A DNA stretch of 64,000 bases from Phototrophicaceae bacterium (GCA_965243795.1 OZ251576.1:3156810-3220809), one strand, 5' to 3'; shown: positions 36,724 through 47,451, numbered from the stretch's first letter. Numbers and translations are program-made. The notes: generated by a model not told the origin, from the sequence alone.

Positions 36724-38491
36724 ACTGCGTCTTTTCCCATTGGGCGAACAAGGGCTGCAATTTGAGACGCTGATACTTGCCGGTGGATGTCGCGGGAATA
36801 TCGGCGCCGAAGACGACAGCTTTTGGCGATTTTTCGAATGGCATCTGACGGCGGCAGTGCGCCAGGATATGTTCGGCATCCCCTTCGGCATCATCCTGCA
36901 AGACAATGTAGGCGCCGACTTCTTCGCCATAGTAATCGTTTTTGAAGCCAATCGCCAAGCCGACTTTGACGCTATCGATGGCCAGCAAGACCTCTTCGAT
37001 ATCAAAGGGGCTGAATTTGACGCCGCCGCGGTTAATCAGTTCCTTGATGCGGCCGGTGATGAAGAAGAAGGGCCGACCGCTTTCGCCGCGCAGATAAAAG
37101 CCTTCGTCGCCGCTGCGAAACCATTGAAACTTAAACGTTTCGGCATTGGCGTCGGGACGTTTGAAATAGCCCTGCATGACATTATGCCCGCGTATGCAGA
37201 TTTCGCCTCGTTCGCCTTCGCCCAGCCGCTTGCCGCGGCCATCAGCGGAAAAAATCGCCATCTCGTTCGGCTCAATCGGGCAGCCGATGCTGGGATAGCC
37301 ATAGTCCTGCATCCATTTTTGGTGGGCTTCCCATGACAGATTGATGGGCAGAAAACAGGAATAGCAAGTGGTTTCGCTCAAGCCATAGCCATGCAGGATG
37401 GTAAAGCCGAACACAGCCTCAAAATCCCGCGCCAGGGCAACCGACAAAGTGCCGGCGCCGCAGATGAAATGGCGAAAATGCGTCAAGTCGCGGCGGTTGA
37501 TGCGGCCGCCAAAGATGGTATGCCCGGCCTGCTGCTGCTGTTGGCCGTATTCCAGCAAAAACTGAAGCAGAGTCGGCACGACGCTGACGATATTGACGCC
37601 TTCGCGGACAACCCGATTCCAGAATTGCGAGACGGTGAAACGGCGGTTGAGGACGGTCGCCGCGCCGACATAAAGCGGGGAGATCAGGGTCACGACGATG
37701 CCATTGACATGATGAATCGGCAGGACGCACATGGCCGTCTGATTACCGGTTATGGCGTGCCACTGGCTGATGCCCATAGCGTCCACCAGCAGATTGTACT
37801 GATTGAGGATGACGCCTTTGGGAGCGCCGGTGGTGCCGCTGGTATAGACTAGCAAGGCTTCATCATCCAGCGCGGCGGTGGCTTCCGTGCCAGGGCCGAG
37901 GGGAATATCGCCTGATTTGGCGCCGGATTCATCACCAAGAAAAGTCGTCGGGCGGTTTTTCAGGGCCTCATGGAAATGGATAAGGTCTTCAGAGGGTTGG
38001 CCGCCGACGGCCACAATGCGCTGGATATTGGGGGCCTGTTCGATGATGGCGGCGGCCCGCTCCAGGTATTCGGCGCGGACAAAGCAGATTTTGGCTTCGC
38101 TGTTGCGTAAGATATAGGCGATGCGGCGGTCATCTTCGGCGGCATTCTGCGGCGCCACGGCCGCGCCAATAATCCAGCAGGCAAAGTAAATCAGCACAGT
38201 ATCGACGTGGTTGTAGGCGATGGTCGCCACGCGGTCGCCGCGCTGAATCCCCAAATCCTCGACCATGAAATTGGCGGCCTGATGCACGCGGGCGTTGAAT
38301 TCGGCAAAGGTGTAGGCTTGACGCTGGCCCGCTTCGTCATAATCAATCAAAAAGGTCTTGTTGGGCGATGTCTTGGCATGCAGCGACAGCAGATCGCGGA
38401 GATTGCGGAAAGGCACTTTGTGCATGGCCTGCGGCACGCCGTCCTTGATATGCGCCCGATACAGATTTTCGGCAGTCGTGGAATCCAGCAT
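36713..38491 (-). CDS. AMP-dependent synthetase/ligase (acyl-CoA synthetase family)
   Basis: LVYTSGTTGAPKGV, GYGLSETT, and the RSGDEGF...GRIKELINRGGVKFSP motifs. Confidence 0.85.
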   Translation of the reverse strand: MLDSTTAENLYRAHIKDGVPQAMHKVPFRNLRDLLSLHAKTSPNKTFLIDYDEAGQRQAYTFAEFNARVHQAANFMVEDLGIQRGDRVATIAYNHVDTVLIYFACWIIGAAVAPQNAAEDDRRIAYILRNSEAKICFVRAEYLERAAAIIEQAPNIQRIVAVGGQPSEDLIHFHEALKNRPTTFLGDESGAKSGDIPLGPGTEATAALDDEALLVYTSGTTGAPKGVILNQYNLLVDAMGISQWHAITGNQTAMCVLPIHHVNGIVVTLISPLYVGAATVLNRRFTVSQFWNRVVREGVNIVSVVPTLLQFLLEYGQQQQQAGHTIFGGRINRRDLTHFRHFICGAGTLSVALARDFEAVFGFTILHGYGLSETTCYSCFLPINLSWEAHQKWMQDYGYPSIGCPIEPNEMAIFSADGRGKRLGEGERGEICIRGHNVMQGYFKRPDANAETFKFQWFRSGDEGFYLRGESGRPFFFITGRIKELINRGGVKFSPFDIEEVLLAIDSVKVGLAIGFKNDYYGEEVGAYIVLQDDAEGDAEHILAHCRRQMPFEKSPKAVVFGADIPATSTGKYQRLKLQPLFAQWEKTQFKP

Positions 38492-38684
38492 TTCAGATGT
38501 CCCTCATAGGCGAATTGTCAGCGACGGCAGTATAACAAATCCGGGCGGATTGTTGTACGGCCAAGGCTAAACATCCAAGCCAAGCTCTGGTACACTTCGG
38601 TTGATAAGCGCAAAAGGCGAACGGGGCCTGTATCATTTCTGGCTGTTCGCTTAATCGATCTTCAAAGATGAGGTCAGCAGAGAC

Positions 38685-40016
38685 ATGAGAAATCTATCCA
38701 TCATCGGCTCCGGTTATGTCGGCTTGGTCACTGGCGCCTGCTTTGCGGATTTGGGCAGCAAGGTCACCCTGCTGGACATTGATGAGCGCAAAATTGAGAT
38801 GCTTAAACAGGGCCGAATGCCCATTTATGAGCCTGGTCTGGCCGAAATGGCGCAGCGCAGCATCGAAGCTGGCCGGATGCGCTTCACCACGTCATACGAA
38901 ACTGGACTGAAAGAGGCCGAGTTCGTCTTTATCTGCGTCGGCACGCCGTCGGGTGTGGATGGCGAGGCGGATTTGCAGTATGTGCGTTCGGCGGCGAAAT
39001 CAATTGCCGAAGCGATGGAGCATCCTTTGGTCATCATCAACAAATCGACTGTGCCGGTGGGGACGGGCGATTGGACGCAGGAGATTATCGAAAGCGCGCA
39101 GCCGCAGCCGATTGAATTTGAGGTGGTTTCTTGTCCAGAGTTCTTGCGCGAAGGCTCGGCCATCGCTGATTTTATGAATCCAGACCGCATTGTGCTGGGT
39201 TCGACGAATCCCGAAGCCGCCCGACAGGTCGCCAAGCTGTATGCGCCTCTGAACGCGCCCGTCGTTATTACCGACATCCGCACAGCCGAAATGATTAAGT
39301 ACGCGTCGAATGCCTTTTTGGCGACGCGCATCAGCTTTATCAACGAAATCAGCATCATCTGCGAGCGATTGGGCGCCGATGTGGCTGAAGTGGCGCGGGG
39401 CATGGGCATTGATAAGCGGATTGGGCCGCACTTTCTGGAGGCTGGCATCGGTTTTGGCGGCTCCTGCTTTCCCAAGGATGTCAAAGCGCTGGCGAACATG
39501 GCGCAAACGCATGGGATGCACCCGCAGCTTTTGAACGCTGTCATGGAAATCAACGCTTTCCAGCGGCGTCACATCGCTTTGAAAGTCCGCGAGATGCTGG
39601 ACGGCAATCTTAACGGCAAGACCGTCGGCATCCTCGGCCTGGCCTTCAAGCAGAACACGGACGACATCCGCGAATCACCCTCGCTGACGGTGGCGCGTTC
39701 GCTATTGAATCAGGGCGCGCAGGTGCAGGCTTATGACCCCGTGGCGATGGAAAACGCCTGTCGGGAAGTGCCAGGCCTGCAGGCCTGCGACCATGCCTAC
39801 GCCGCCGCCGAGGGCGCTGACGCGCTGCTGCTGCTGACGCCCTGGAACGAATTCAAGCAGCTGGATATGAAGCGCATTTTGAACTCGATGAGACGTCCGA
39901 TTCTGATTGACGGCCGCAATATGTACAATCCCGATGACATGCGCCAGGCCGGCTTTGAATACCGCGGGGTTGGCCGCGGCTACAATGGCGCGGGGATTAT
40001 GGCGAACGGCGGCTAG
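38685..40016 (+). CDS. ugd: UDP-glucose 6-dehydrogenase
   Basis: [29 protein letters not shown], and [16 protein letters not shown]. Confidence 0.9.
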   Translation: MRNLSIIGSGYVGLVTGACFADLGSKVTLLDIDERKIEMLKQGRMPIYEPGLAEMAQRSIEAGRMRFTTSYETGLKEAEFVFICVGTPSGVDGEADLQYVRSAAKSIAEAMEHPLVIINKSTVPVGTGDWTQEIIESAQPQPIEFEVVSCPEFLREGSAIADFMNPDRIVLGSTNPEAARQVAKLYAPLNAPVVITDIRTAEMIKYASNAFLATRISFINEISIICERLGADVAEVARGMGIDKRIGPHFLEAGIGFGGSCFPKDVKALANMAQTHGMHPQLLNAVMEINAFQRRHIALKVREMLDGNLNGKTVGILGLAFKQNTDDIRESPSLTVARSLLNQGAQVQAYDPVAMENACREVPGLQACDHAYAAAEGADALLLLTPWNEFKQLDMKRILNSMRRPILIDGRNMYNPDDMRQAGFEYRGVGRGYNGAGIMANGG

Positions 40017-40041
40017 ACATCGCATCAGCCCGTTTGACGCT

Positions 40042-41943
40042 TTACCAATAGAATCGCTGTCCCTGGCGGCCTGCTTCGCGCTCTTCGGTCAGCTGCCGCG
40101 TGATCTCGTCATGGGTGACTTCAGCGCCGAAGACATCCCACCAGATGCCCGAACGCGGCAGACGGCTGTAACGTTCGATCTGAACGACGATCATGCAGGA
40201 GCGGGGTTCTGCGCGCGCTTCCGAAAGGGCCCGCTTGAGTTCATCCTCATCGCTGACGTTCCAGGCGCGCAGGCCGATGCTTTCGGCATTTTTGGCATAG
40301 TCAATCGGGACAAAATCGCCATCGTCCAGCTTGCCGGTACGCTGATCGCGGACGCGGAATTCATTGCCGAGACTATGCCCGACCAGCACTTTTTGGTGGC
40401 CGTGGATGGATTGGAAACCGTCGTTTTGGAGCAGAATGACGGTCAATTTGGTGTTCTCCTGGATGGCGGTTTTGAGTTCCATCGGATGAAGCATATAATT
40501 GCCGTCGCCCAAGAACACATAGACGTCGCCGGCATCGGGCCGCGCCAAACGCACGCCGATAGCCGCGGGGATGTCGTAGCCCATACATGAATTGCCAAAT
40601 TCAAGGTGCAGGACGCGGCCGGCGGTGGCCTCAAAAAGCTGGTGCAGATCGCCAGGCGACGTGCCGGCCGCGCAGACCAGGGTATCGCCGGGCTGCATGA
40701 ACGCGTTGAGAGCGCCAATCACCTGCGCCTGACTTATGCGCTCATTGGGATACTGGACATAGACCGATTCCTGTTTCTGCCGCAGCCAGGCCTCGCGGTC
40801 AACAGCCAGCGATTCGACATAGCCTGGATGGGGTTTGATGCCGGCCGCTTGGCCGGCGGCGATCAGCTTTCGCAGGGCTTGACGGGCATCGGCCACCACC
40901 GGCAGGGCGCCAAGTTTATGGGCATGGGCGGCGCTGACGTTGATGCTGACGAATTTGACGTTCGGATTTTGCCAGGCGGAATAGGAGCCAGTGGCAAAGT
41001 CAGCTAAACGCGTGCCGATAAGGAAAACGAGGTCGGCCTCCCCAGCGTATTTGCCGGAAAGCGGCGTGCCGGTATGGCCGCTACCGCCAATCAAAAGCGG
41101 TGATTCCTCTCGAAGCGCGCCGCGGCCAGCATGAGTCTCGCCGACGGGGATGCCAAAGGTATCGGAAAACTGGCGCAGTTCCGACCAGGCCTTGGCATAG
41201 TGGACGCCGCCGCCGGCCAGGATATAGGGACGTTTGGCGGCCTTGAGCAGGGCAATCGCCTCGTCGATGCGGCGCTCATCGGGCTGACGTCTTTCGATGC
41301 GCCAGACTTTTTTGTGGAAGAAGTTAAGCGGATAATCAAAGGCGACGCTTTGGATGTCCTGTGGCAGCGCCAGAGTCGCCGGGCCGGCATCGACTGGGTC
41401 GGCCATGACGCGCATCGCCTCTGGCAAGGCATAGAGGATTTGTTCAGGGCGGGTGATGCGGTCGAAAAACTGGCTGACCGGCCGGAAGCAGTCGGTTACG
41501 CTCATGTCCATAGAAATCGGATGCTCAATATCCTGCAAGACCTGGCCTTGAAAGCGCGTGGCGTAATAATCGGAGGGCAGCAGCAGCACGGGCAAACGGT
41601 TGATGTGGGCGGTGGCGGCGCCGGTGATCATGTTGGTGGCGCCTGGGCCAATCGAACTGGTGCAGGCGAAGGTCTGCAAGCGAAGACGCGTGCGCGCATA
41701 GCCAGAGGCCGCGTGAACCATGGACTGCTCATTGGCGGGCTGATAATAGGGCAGATCGGCGCCATATTCCCACAAGGCCTGGCTTAGGCCGCTGACGTTG
41801 CCATGCCCGAATATGCCCCAGATGGCGGGGATAAAACGCTGCTCTTCGCCATCGTATTCGGTGTATTGAACTTGCAGGAACTTAACCAGCGCTTGTCCCA
41901 TGGTCAGACGAACGGTGTCCTGGCGGGTAAAGGGTGTGAACAT
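40042..41943 (-). CDS. iolD: 3D-(3,5/4)-trihydroxycyclohexane-1,2-dione acylhydrolase (IolD), a ThDP-dependent enzyme
   Basis: Collinear resemblance to B. subtilis IolD as I remember it (RLT..QALVKFL, IFGHGNV, NEQSMVHAA, DRITRPEQ, AGPATL.LPQD). No other iol genes are adjacent. Confidence 0.8.
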   Translation of the reverse strand: MFTPFTRQDTVRLTMGQALVKFLQVQYTEYDGEEQRFIPAIWGIFGHGNVSGLSQALWEYGADLPYYQPANEQSMVHAASGYARTRLRLQTFACTSSIGPGATNMITGAATAHINRLPVLLLPSDYYATRFQGQVLQDIEHPISMDMSVTDCFRPVSQFFDRITRPEQILYALPEAMRVMADPVDAGPATLALPQDIQSVAFDYPLNFFHKKVWRIERRQPDERRIDEAIALLKAAKRPYILAGGGVHYAKAWSELRQFSDTFGIPVGETHAGRGALREESPLLIGGSGHTGTPLSGKYAGEADLVFLIGTRLADFATGSYSAWQNPNVKFVSINVSAAHAHKLGALPVVADARQALRKLIAAGQAAGIKPHPGYVESLAVDREAWLRQKQESVYVQYPNERISQAQVIGALNAFMQPGDTLVCAAGTSPGDLHQLFEATAGRVLHLEFGNSCMGYDIPAAIGVRLARPDAGDVYVFLGDGNYMLHPMELKTAIQENTKLTVILLQNDGFQSIHGHQKVLVGHSLGNEFRVRDQRTGKLDDGDFVPIDYAKNAESIGLRAWNVSDEDELKRALSEARAEPRSCMIVVQIERYSRLPRSGIWWDVFGAEVTHDEITRQLTEEREAGRQGQRFYW

Positions 41944-42071
41944 GTCAGCAAACTCCTCACAGCAGAAAACAGAACTTGGGCATCATTTCCATCAATCATA
42001 TCATCAAGAGCGGGGAAAAGGCAAATCCGTCATTCGGGGGAATGGTCAATATAGAGGATATTCACCGCGTC

Positions 42072-42515
42072 ACACTGCGCCATAATCCGCCATAATCCGC
42101 CACACATTCCGACATTTTCCGCCATTTTCCGCCACACACTCCGACATTTTCCGCCATTTTCCGCCACGCACTCCGCCATTTTCCGCCACATACTCCGACA
42201 TTTTCCGCTATAATCCGCCACATACTCCGACATTTTCCGCTATAATCCGCCACACACTCCGACATTTTCCGCTATAATCCGCCACACACTCCGACATTTT
42301 CCGCCATTTTCCGCCACACACTCCGACATTTTCCGCCATTTTCCGCCACACACACTCCGACATTTTCCGCCATTTTCCGCCACACACTGCGACATTTTCC
42401 GCCATTTTCCGCCACACACACTCCGACATTTTCCGCCATTTTCCGCCACACATTTTCCGCCATTTTCCGCCACACATACTCCGACATTTTCCGCCATATT
42501 CCGCCACGCCCTGCC
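42072..42515. repeat. Tandem repeat array B: about 13 units of 32 bp, CCGACATTTTCCGCCATTTTCCGCCACACACT
   Basis: Read directly from the sequence. Unit variants are 22-34 bp, for example CCGACATTTTCCGCTATAATCCGCCACATACT. The array is the reverse complement of the array A motif. The junction CCGCCACGCCCTGCCG is the reverse complement of 15254-15269. Confidence 0.95.
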
Positions 42516-42558
42516 GCAGAATTCGCTGGCCTGGCAGGCAACATCTGAAGCGGGACGG

Positions 42559-42758
42559 GGTTTTATGCGCGTTTTATGCGCGAAAGACAAACTTTTTCGC
42601 GCATAAGGTGATTTCCCATGCGGCTTCTGGCGGTCAGACCGCGTTCGGCAGTTTGACAGCGCATTTGATTCACAGCCACAGCCTAGCGCATAAGCGAGTG
42701 GGAAGGGCGACTCAAAGATCGCAGTTTTGGTTTTTGCATGTCTTTATTTTTTACCACT
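42559..42758 (+). repeat. Intergenic repeat core, copy 3
   Basis: Hairpin TTATGCGCGAAA (42574-42585) pairs with TTTCGCGCATAA (42595-42606). The tail GGGAAGGGCGACTCAAAGATCGCAGTTTTGGTTTTTGCATGTCTTTATTTTTTACCAC ends at the purB stop codon. Confidence 0.85.
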
Positions 42759-42760
42759 CC

Positions 42761-44116
42761 CTATTCGGGCCTGACCAGTTCTTCGGCGCATCCAACATAG
42801 CTGGCCGGCGTGAGTCGGAGCAGCCGTTCTTTTTCGTCTGGCGGGATGGCCAATGCGCGGATGAAATTGTGAAGCATAGCTTGGGTCAGCCGGCGGCCGC
42901 GGGACAGCGCGCTTAGTTTTTCGTAGGCTTGGGGGATGTGATGCTTGCGAAGCACGGTCTGCACGGCCTCGCCCAGCACTTGCCAGGCATCGTCCAAATC
43001 GGCCTGCATGGCCGATCTATCGGCTTCCACCTTGCCCAGGCCGCGCCGTATCGAACCCAGCGCCAGGAAACTATGGGCAATGCCGACGCCATAATTCCGC
43101 AGCGCCGACGAATCGCTTAGGTCGCGCTGAAGGCGGGAAATGGGCAGCTTGGCGGCCAGATGCGCCAAAAGAGCGTTGCTGATCCCCAGATTGGCTTCGG
43201 CATTTTCAAAATCAATGGGATTGATTTTATGCGGCATCGTCGACGAGCCAACTTCGCCGGCCACGGCTTTTTGCCTGAAATAACCCAGCGAAATATAAGC
43301 CCACATATCGCGGCAGTAATCCAGCAGGATGGCATGAAAGCGCATCAGGCTGTGGCCCAGTTCGGCAAGCCAGTCATGGGGTTCGATTTGGGTGGTGATG
43401 GGATTGTGCGTCAGGCCCAGGCCTTGCGCGAATCGGCGCGACAGTTCAGGCCAATCGACATCGGGATAGGCCGCGCGATGGGCATTGTAGCCCCCCGTGG
43501 CGCCATTGAACTTGCCCAGGTACTCCTGCGCTTCAATCTGATTCAGCTGGCGGCGCAGACGATAGGCAAAAACGGCAAGCTCTTTGCCCATGGTGGTCGG
43601 CGTGGCGGGCTGGCCATGGGTGCGGGCGAGCATAGCGGCGGCGGCCAGCGATTGGGCCAGGGCGGCGAGTTCGTCCAGCAGCAGCTTGGCGCGCGGCTGC
43701 CAGAGATTCTGCATGGCATCGCGAAACATCAGCGCATAGGCCAGGTTGTTGATGTCGGCAGAAGCGCAGGCAAAATGAACTGACTCGGCCGCATCCGCCA
43801 GACTCGTATCGGCCAGACGGTGCTTGATGAAGTATTCGACAGCCTTGACGTCGTGATTGGTGACGGCCTCGAGCGATTTGATCTGGGCGGCGGCTTCATC
43901 ATCAAAATCGTCCACTATGGCCTGAAGAAAGCGAATTTCATCAGCTTCAAATCGGCGCAGATGAGTAATGCCGCGGTGTTCGGCCATCGTCATCAGCCAG
44001 CGCAGTTCGACCAAGAGGCGGTATTTCATCAAAGCCCATTCAGAAAACGTTTCTTGAAGTGGTTTGGTTTGGTCGCCATAACGTCCGTCCAGAGGTGAGA
44101 TCGCCCGTGCATTCAT
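42761..44116 (-). CDS. purB: Adenylosuccinate lyase
   Basis: MNARAISPLDGRYG..., and the fumarate-lyase signature context GSSTMPHKINP. I trimmed the start to ATG 44114-44116. Confidence 0.9.
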   Translation of the reverse strand: MNARAISPLDGRYGDQTKPLQETFSEWALMKYRLLVELRWLMTMAEHRGITHLRRFEADEIRFLQAIVDDFDDEAAAQIKSLEAVTNHDVKAVEYFIKHRLADTSLADAAESVHFACASADINNLAYALMFRDAMQNLWQPRAKLLLDELAALAQSLAAAAMLARTHGQPATPTTMGKELAVFAYRLRRQLNQIEAQEYLGKFNGATGGYNAHRAAYPDVDWPELSRRFAQGLGLTHNPITTQIEPHDWLAELGHSLMRFHAILLDYCRDMWAYISLGYFRQKAVAGEVGSSTMPHKINPIDFENAEANLGISNALLAHLAAKLPISRLQRDLSDSSALRNYGVGIAHSFLALGSIRRGLGKVEADRSAMQADLDDAWQVLGEAVQTVLRKHHIPQAYEKLSALSRGRRLTQAMLHNFIRALAIPPDEKERLLRLTPASYVGCAEELVRPE

Positions 44117-44214
44117 CAAATTGTCCCTGCCCCGTCCCCTAATCAACCTGTTGCCAAAGCCGCGCCGCAGGCATAAAATAAACACAGCCGCGATTGTGGG
44201 AATGGAGTTGTGTC

Positions 44215-45309
44215 ATGTCAAGGTGCATTCGTTCCAAACCGCGCGACGATGGCTTTCGGATGCCGGCCGAATGGGAACAGCATACGGGCTGCTGGATGCT
44301 CTGGCCGCAACGGCCGGATACCTGGCGCGACGGCGGCAAACCGGCCCAGCGCGCCTTTGTGGAAGCGGCGACGGCCATAGCGCGGTTTGAGGCCGTCACA
44401 ATGGGAGTCAATCCCGACCAGTATGAAAATGCGCGGGCGATGCTGCCGTCACAGGTGCGCGTCGTCGAGATGTCCAACAATGACGCCTGGATCCGAGACT
44501 GCGGCGCGACCTTTGCTGTCAATGACCGCGGCGATGTACGCGGCATCGATTGGATGTTCAACGCCTGGGGCGGCCTGGACAAAATGATGTATTTCCCTTG
44601 GGACAAGGATGACTTGGTCGCCTTGAAAATGCTGGAAATTGAGTCGCTTGACCGTTATAAAGCGCCGTTGGTGATGGAAGGCGGCTCGATTCATGTGGAT
44701 GGGCAAGGCACTCTGCTGACCACCGAACAATGTCTGCTGCATCCCAACCGCAACCCGACCTTATCGCGCAGTGACATTGAACAGGCGATGCGGGATTATC
44801 TGGGCATCGAGAAAATCATCTGGCTGCCGCGCGGCGTTTATGAGGATGAGACCGACGGGCATATTGATAATCTGTGCTGCTTTGTTCGGCCGGGCGCGGT
44901 GGCTTTGACCTGGACGGATGACAAATCCGACCCGCAGCGCGCGCGCTCCGCTGAAGCCTTGCACGTCCTCCAGACGGCGACGGATGCCCGCGGACGTTCG
45001 CTGGAGGTTCATAAGATTCATCAGCCGACGCCGATGACGATGACGGCCGAAGAGGCGCAGGGATTGGATGTGGTGGATACGGCATTTTTGCGCCCGGAAG
45101 GGGAACGGCTGGCCGGGTCGTACATCAATTTTTATATCGCCAATGGCGGCCTGATTGTGCCGCAGTTCAATGACCGCCACGATAAAAACGCGCTGGAAAA
45201 ACTGGCGGCGCTCTTTCCCAACCGCGAAGTCGTCGGCCTCTATTCGCGGGAAATTCTTTTGGGCGGCGGCAATATCCACTGCATCACGCAGCAGCAGCCG
45301 CGGGGATGA
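44215..45309 (+). CDS. aguA: Agmatine deiminase
   Basis: [10 protein letters not shown]...[21 protein letters not shown] and the C-terminal [13 protein letters not shown]. Confidence 0.85.
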   Translation: MSRCIRSKPRDDGFRMPAEWEQHTGCWMLWPQRPDTWRDGGKPAQRAFVEAATAIARFEAVTMGVNPDQYENARAMLPSQVRVVEMSNNDAWIRDCGATFAVNDRGDVRGIDWMFNAWGGLDKMMYFPWDKDDLVALKMLEIESLDRYKAPLVMEGGSIHVDGQGTLLTTEQCLLHPNRNPTLSRSDIEQAMRDYLGIEKIIWLPRGVYEDETDGHIDNLCCFVRPGAVALTWTDDKSDPQRARSAEALHVLQTATDARGRSLEVHKIHQPTPMTMTAEEAQGLDVVDTAFLRPEGERLAGSYINFYIANGGLIVPQFNDRHDKNALEKLAALFPNREVVGLYSREILLGGGNIHCITQQQPRG

Positions 45310-45608
45310 CTAAGGAAGGGTTGAATGTGTCCGAATATGTGACGGTAGACGTCGAATTCAGCGACAATCGGCAAGTGGCCGATGTGTTTGTCAATCAAAT
45401 TTTGACCGACGCGGGCGAGGAGCATTATGCCAGTCGACAGGAAGGCGAGGTCGGCTCACCGCTGGCGCAGATGCTTTTCGCCGCTGTCGATGGCATCCAA
45501 AAATTGACGATTGCGGAAGACTGCCTGACGATTGCGCGGGCAGATGAATTTACTTGGGAGGCCATCATCGACGAGGTGCGCGATGCCCTGCGCGATTGGT
45601 ATTTATAG
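45306..45608 (+). CDS. Small NifU-N-terminal-like (Nfu_N) domain protein
   Basis: 100-aa ORF whose start overlaps the aguA stop (ATGA). The resemblance to the Nfu_N scaffold domain is weak. Confidence 0.45.
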   Translation: MTKEGLNVSEYVTVDVEFSDNRQVADVFVNQILTDAGEEHYASRQEGEVGSPLAQMLFAAVDGIQKLTIAEDCLTIARADEFTWEAIIDEVRDALRDWYL

Positions 45609-45902
45609 TCAGACCTCTTCTTGGCTGGAGGTTCGTTTTTTGTCGGTTTCGCTGACCTGCTGAAACATCTCATTGGCTTGGCGCGGGTCGCCGCTTTCCA
45701 GCACCGAAAGCATCTCTTGGGACGACATCTGGGCATAATTCCGATTGGATTTGGCAATCGCCACCTGGGTGATGAGCCGCGACAGCTGCGCGCTTTCACA
45801 GTTTGGGCATCGCGGCTGGGCGGATTCATACAGGGCATAGGTCTTGTAAAACAGGGCGAAACGCCGCTGACAGCACTTGCATCGGTAATCATACTGCGGC
45901 AT
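45609..45902 (-). CDS. FmdB-family zinc-ribbon protein
   Basis: MPQYDYRCKCCQRRF...PRCPNCES carries the CxxC...CxxC arrangement typical of the FmdB/CxxC_CxxC_SSSS family. Confidence 0.7.
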   Translation of the reverse strand: MPQYDYRCKCCQRRFALFYKTYALYESAQPRCPNCESAQLSRLITQVAIAKSNRNYAQMSSQEMLSVLESGDPRQANEMFQQVSETDKKRTSSQEEV

Positions 45903-46006
45903 GGTCGGGTTTGCCTCGCGTCATCATTTTATCGTCGGTCTTGCCTTTTCTCATTCCCAATACTATCATAGCCGACTGCCTGCCTGTAGAGCCAGAAACA
46001 AGTCCG

Positions 46007-47401
46007 ATGCACGCCAAGAAACGATATACGCGCTGGCTGTGGTTCATCCTCATCGCGGGGTTGACGCTCCGTATCGGGTATGCGCTGGGCCAGCCGACCG
46101 TTTCGCTTTTTTATGGCGGCGACGGCGGTGACAGCGCTTGGTATCTCGCCAATGGCTGGGGATTTTTTAGCGGACAGGAGCATGGCTGGATTCGCGGCTC
46201 TGCTTTTTACCTTTCGGCCATACCGACCCCGCCCTTCTATATCCTGTACGCCGGCTTCTTTCAGCAGATTGCGCCGCTGCCCGAACACGAAACCATTGTG
46301 ATGATGCGCTTGATTCAATGCGCGCTGGGCGCGGCGACGGCCTATCTGGCCTATCGGCTGGGCGCGGTCATCAGCCTCGGCGCAGGCATCATCGCCGCCG
46401 CATTTCTGGCCTTTCATCCGACCTTTATCATTGAGCCGGCCAATATCGCCACCGAAACATTCTACATCTTTTTTGTCGCTGTCGGCTTATGGCTTTATGT
46501 TGAATATGTGATTCACGCCGACGGCGCGCGCCGACTGTCACCACGGCTGGCGCTGATATTGACTGGACTGGCTTTTGGCCTGGCGACGTTGACCCGCGCT
46601 GTTTTTCTGATATTCCCCATAATAATCGCGATGCACATGGCCATGGTCGGATGCCGCGGCCAAAAGAGAATATGGCTGGGCCGAGGCCTGCTGATGGCGG
46701 CGGTGTACGCGGCGATGATCTCCACTTGGACGATCTACAGTCTGGGGATGTGGGGCCGTTTTATCATTGTCAGTGACCAGTTCATGCCGGCGCTGTGGCG
46801 GGCGGCGGTCGCGGATGACGGTTCGCCGGCAGTCAATGATGCGCTGCTAATGGAAGACGCGGCGGCCGCGCCCCCCGAAGACTGCCAGATAGACTGCAAA
46901 TTTCATCATGCCGCCGAGACCTACGCCGCGCAAATCGAGGAAAGCATCGAGGGAAATTTTGGCGAATTCCTGCGACTGCGCTTTGAAGAATGGGCCGGGT
47001 CGATCTTGCAGCCACATGGCACAACGCCACTGGGCGACGTCAGCATTCGGGATTCAGCGCGGAACTGGCTGGAAAATGACCGCAGTTTGGGCGGATTCTT
47101 CCGATTGACGCAGATCGAAGGCTTTGCGGTCAAGCTGGTCATCTGGGCGTTTCATTACGCTGCCCTCCTCTTGGGACTGATGGGGATGTGGCTGACGCGG
47201 CGGGACTGGCGTTTGACTTTGGCTTTGGCTGGATTTGCGGCTTACACAACCGCGATCCATTTTTTCCTGCTGGCGCTCCCGCGTTACCTGTTTCCGATTG
47301 AATTTCCCCTGCACATTTTCGCGGCGGCGGCGATTGTCAGGCTGGCCGCCGGCCGACAGCGTTCAAAAATGCACAAGGAAATGCTGTTATCCGCGCCTTA
47401 A
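46007..47401 (+). CDS. GT39/ArnT-like membrane glycosyltransferase
   Basis: Polytopic membrane protein. N-terminus KKRYTRWLWFILIAGLTLRIGYAL...GGDGGDSAWY is PMT/ArnT-like. I took the start at ATG 46007. Confidence 0.65.
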   Translation: MHAKKRYTRWLWFILIAGLTLRIGYALGQPTVSLFYGGDGGDSAWYLANGWGFFSGQEHGWIRGSAFYLSAIPTPPFYILYAGFFQQIAPLPEHETIVMMRLIQCALGAATAYLAYRLGAVISLGAGIIAAAFLAFHPTFIIEPANIATETFYIFFVAVGLWLYVEYVIHADGARRLSPRLALILTGLAFGLATLTRAVFLIFPIIIAMHMAMVGCRGQKRIWLGRGLLMAAVYAAMISTWTIYSLGMWGRFIIVSDQFMPALWRAAVADDGSPAVNDALLMEDAAAAPPEDCQIDCKFHHAAETYAAQIEESIEGNFGEFLRLRFEEWAGSILQPHGTTPLGDVSIRDSARNWLENDRSLGGFFRLTQIEGFAVKLVIWAFHYAALLLGLMGMWLTRRDWRLTLALAGFAAYTTAIHFFLLALPRYLFPIEFPLHIFAAAAIVRLAAGRQRSKMHKEMLLSAP

Positions 47402-47451
47402 ATATGCTAGGCTGGGCACGCGCTGTCCGACGATCTTAAGGTCAAAAAACG

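Noticed and set aside
15645-42072. The 27-kb segment between the inverted repeat loci as a composite transposon or genomic island
   Set aside because: Its content is mostly core metabolism (fabF, clpB, ugd, iolD, ATPase). There is no transposase, integrase or tRNA-attachment signature. I kept only the recombination or inversion possibility as a finding.
42072-42515. Possible CRISPR array
   Set aside because: The units are contiguous 32-bp repeats with no unique spacers. No cas genes or leader are present, and the same motif occurs in the array at 15254-15645.
42208-42590. ORFs encoding CGGKWRKMSECV-type repeat peptides, and likewise 15345..15750 and 42030..42265
   Set aside because: All three frames are open across the array on that strand and translate the DNA repeat. 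There is no SD or start context, so these are by-products of the tandem DNA repeat.
44117-44185. N-terminal extensions proposed by the ORF track. Examples: purB to 44185, livF to 5820, livH to 9633, SBP1 to 11006, GT39 to 45803, selA to 52791, NUDIX to 48071 and xthA to 56073.
   Set aside because: The extensions overlap neighbouring genes or the tRNA, lack an SD, and precede internal ATGs. Those internal ATGs match the conserved family N-termini and have SD-like sequences upstream.
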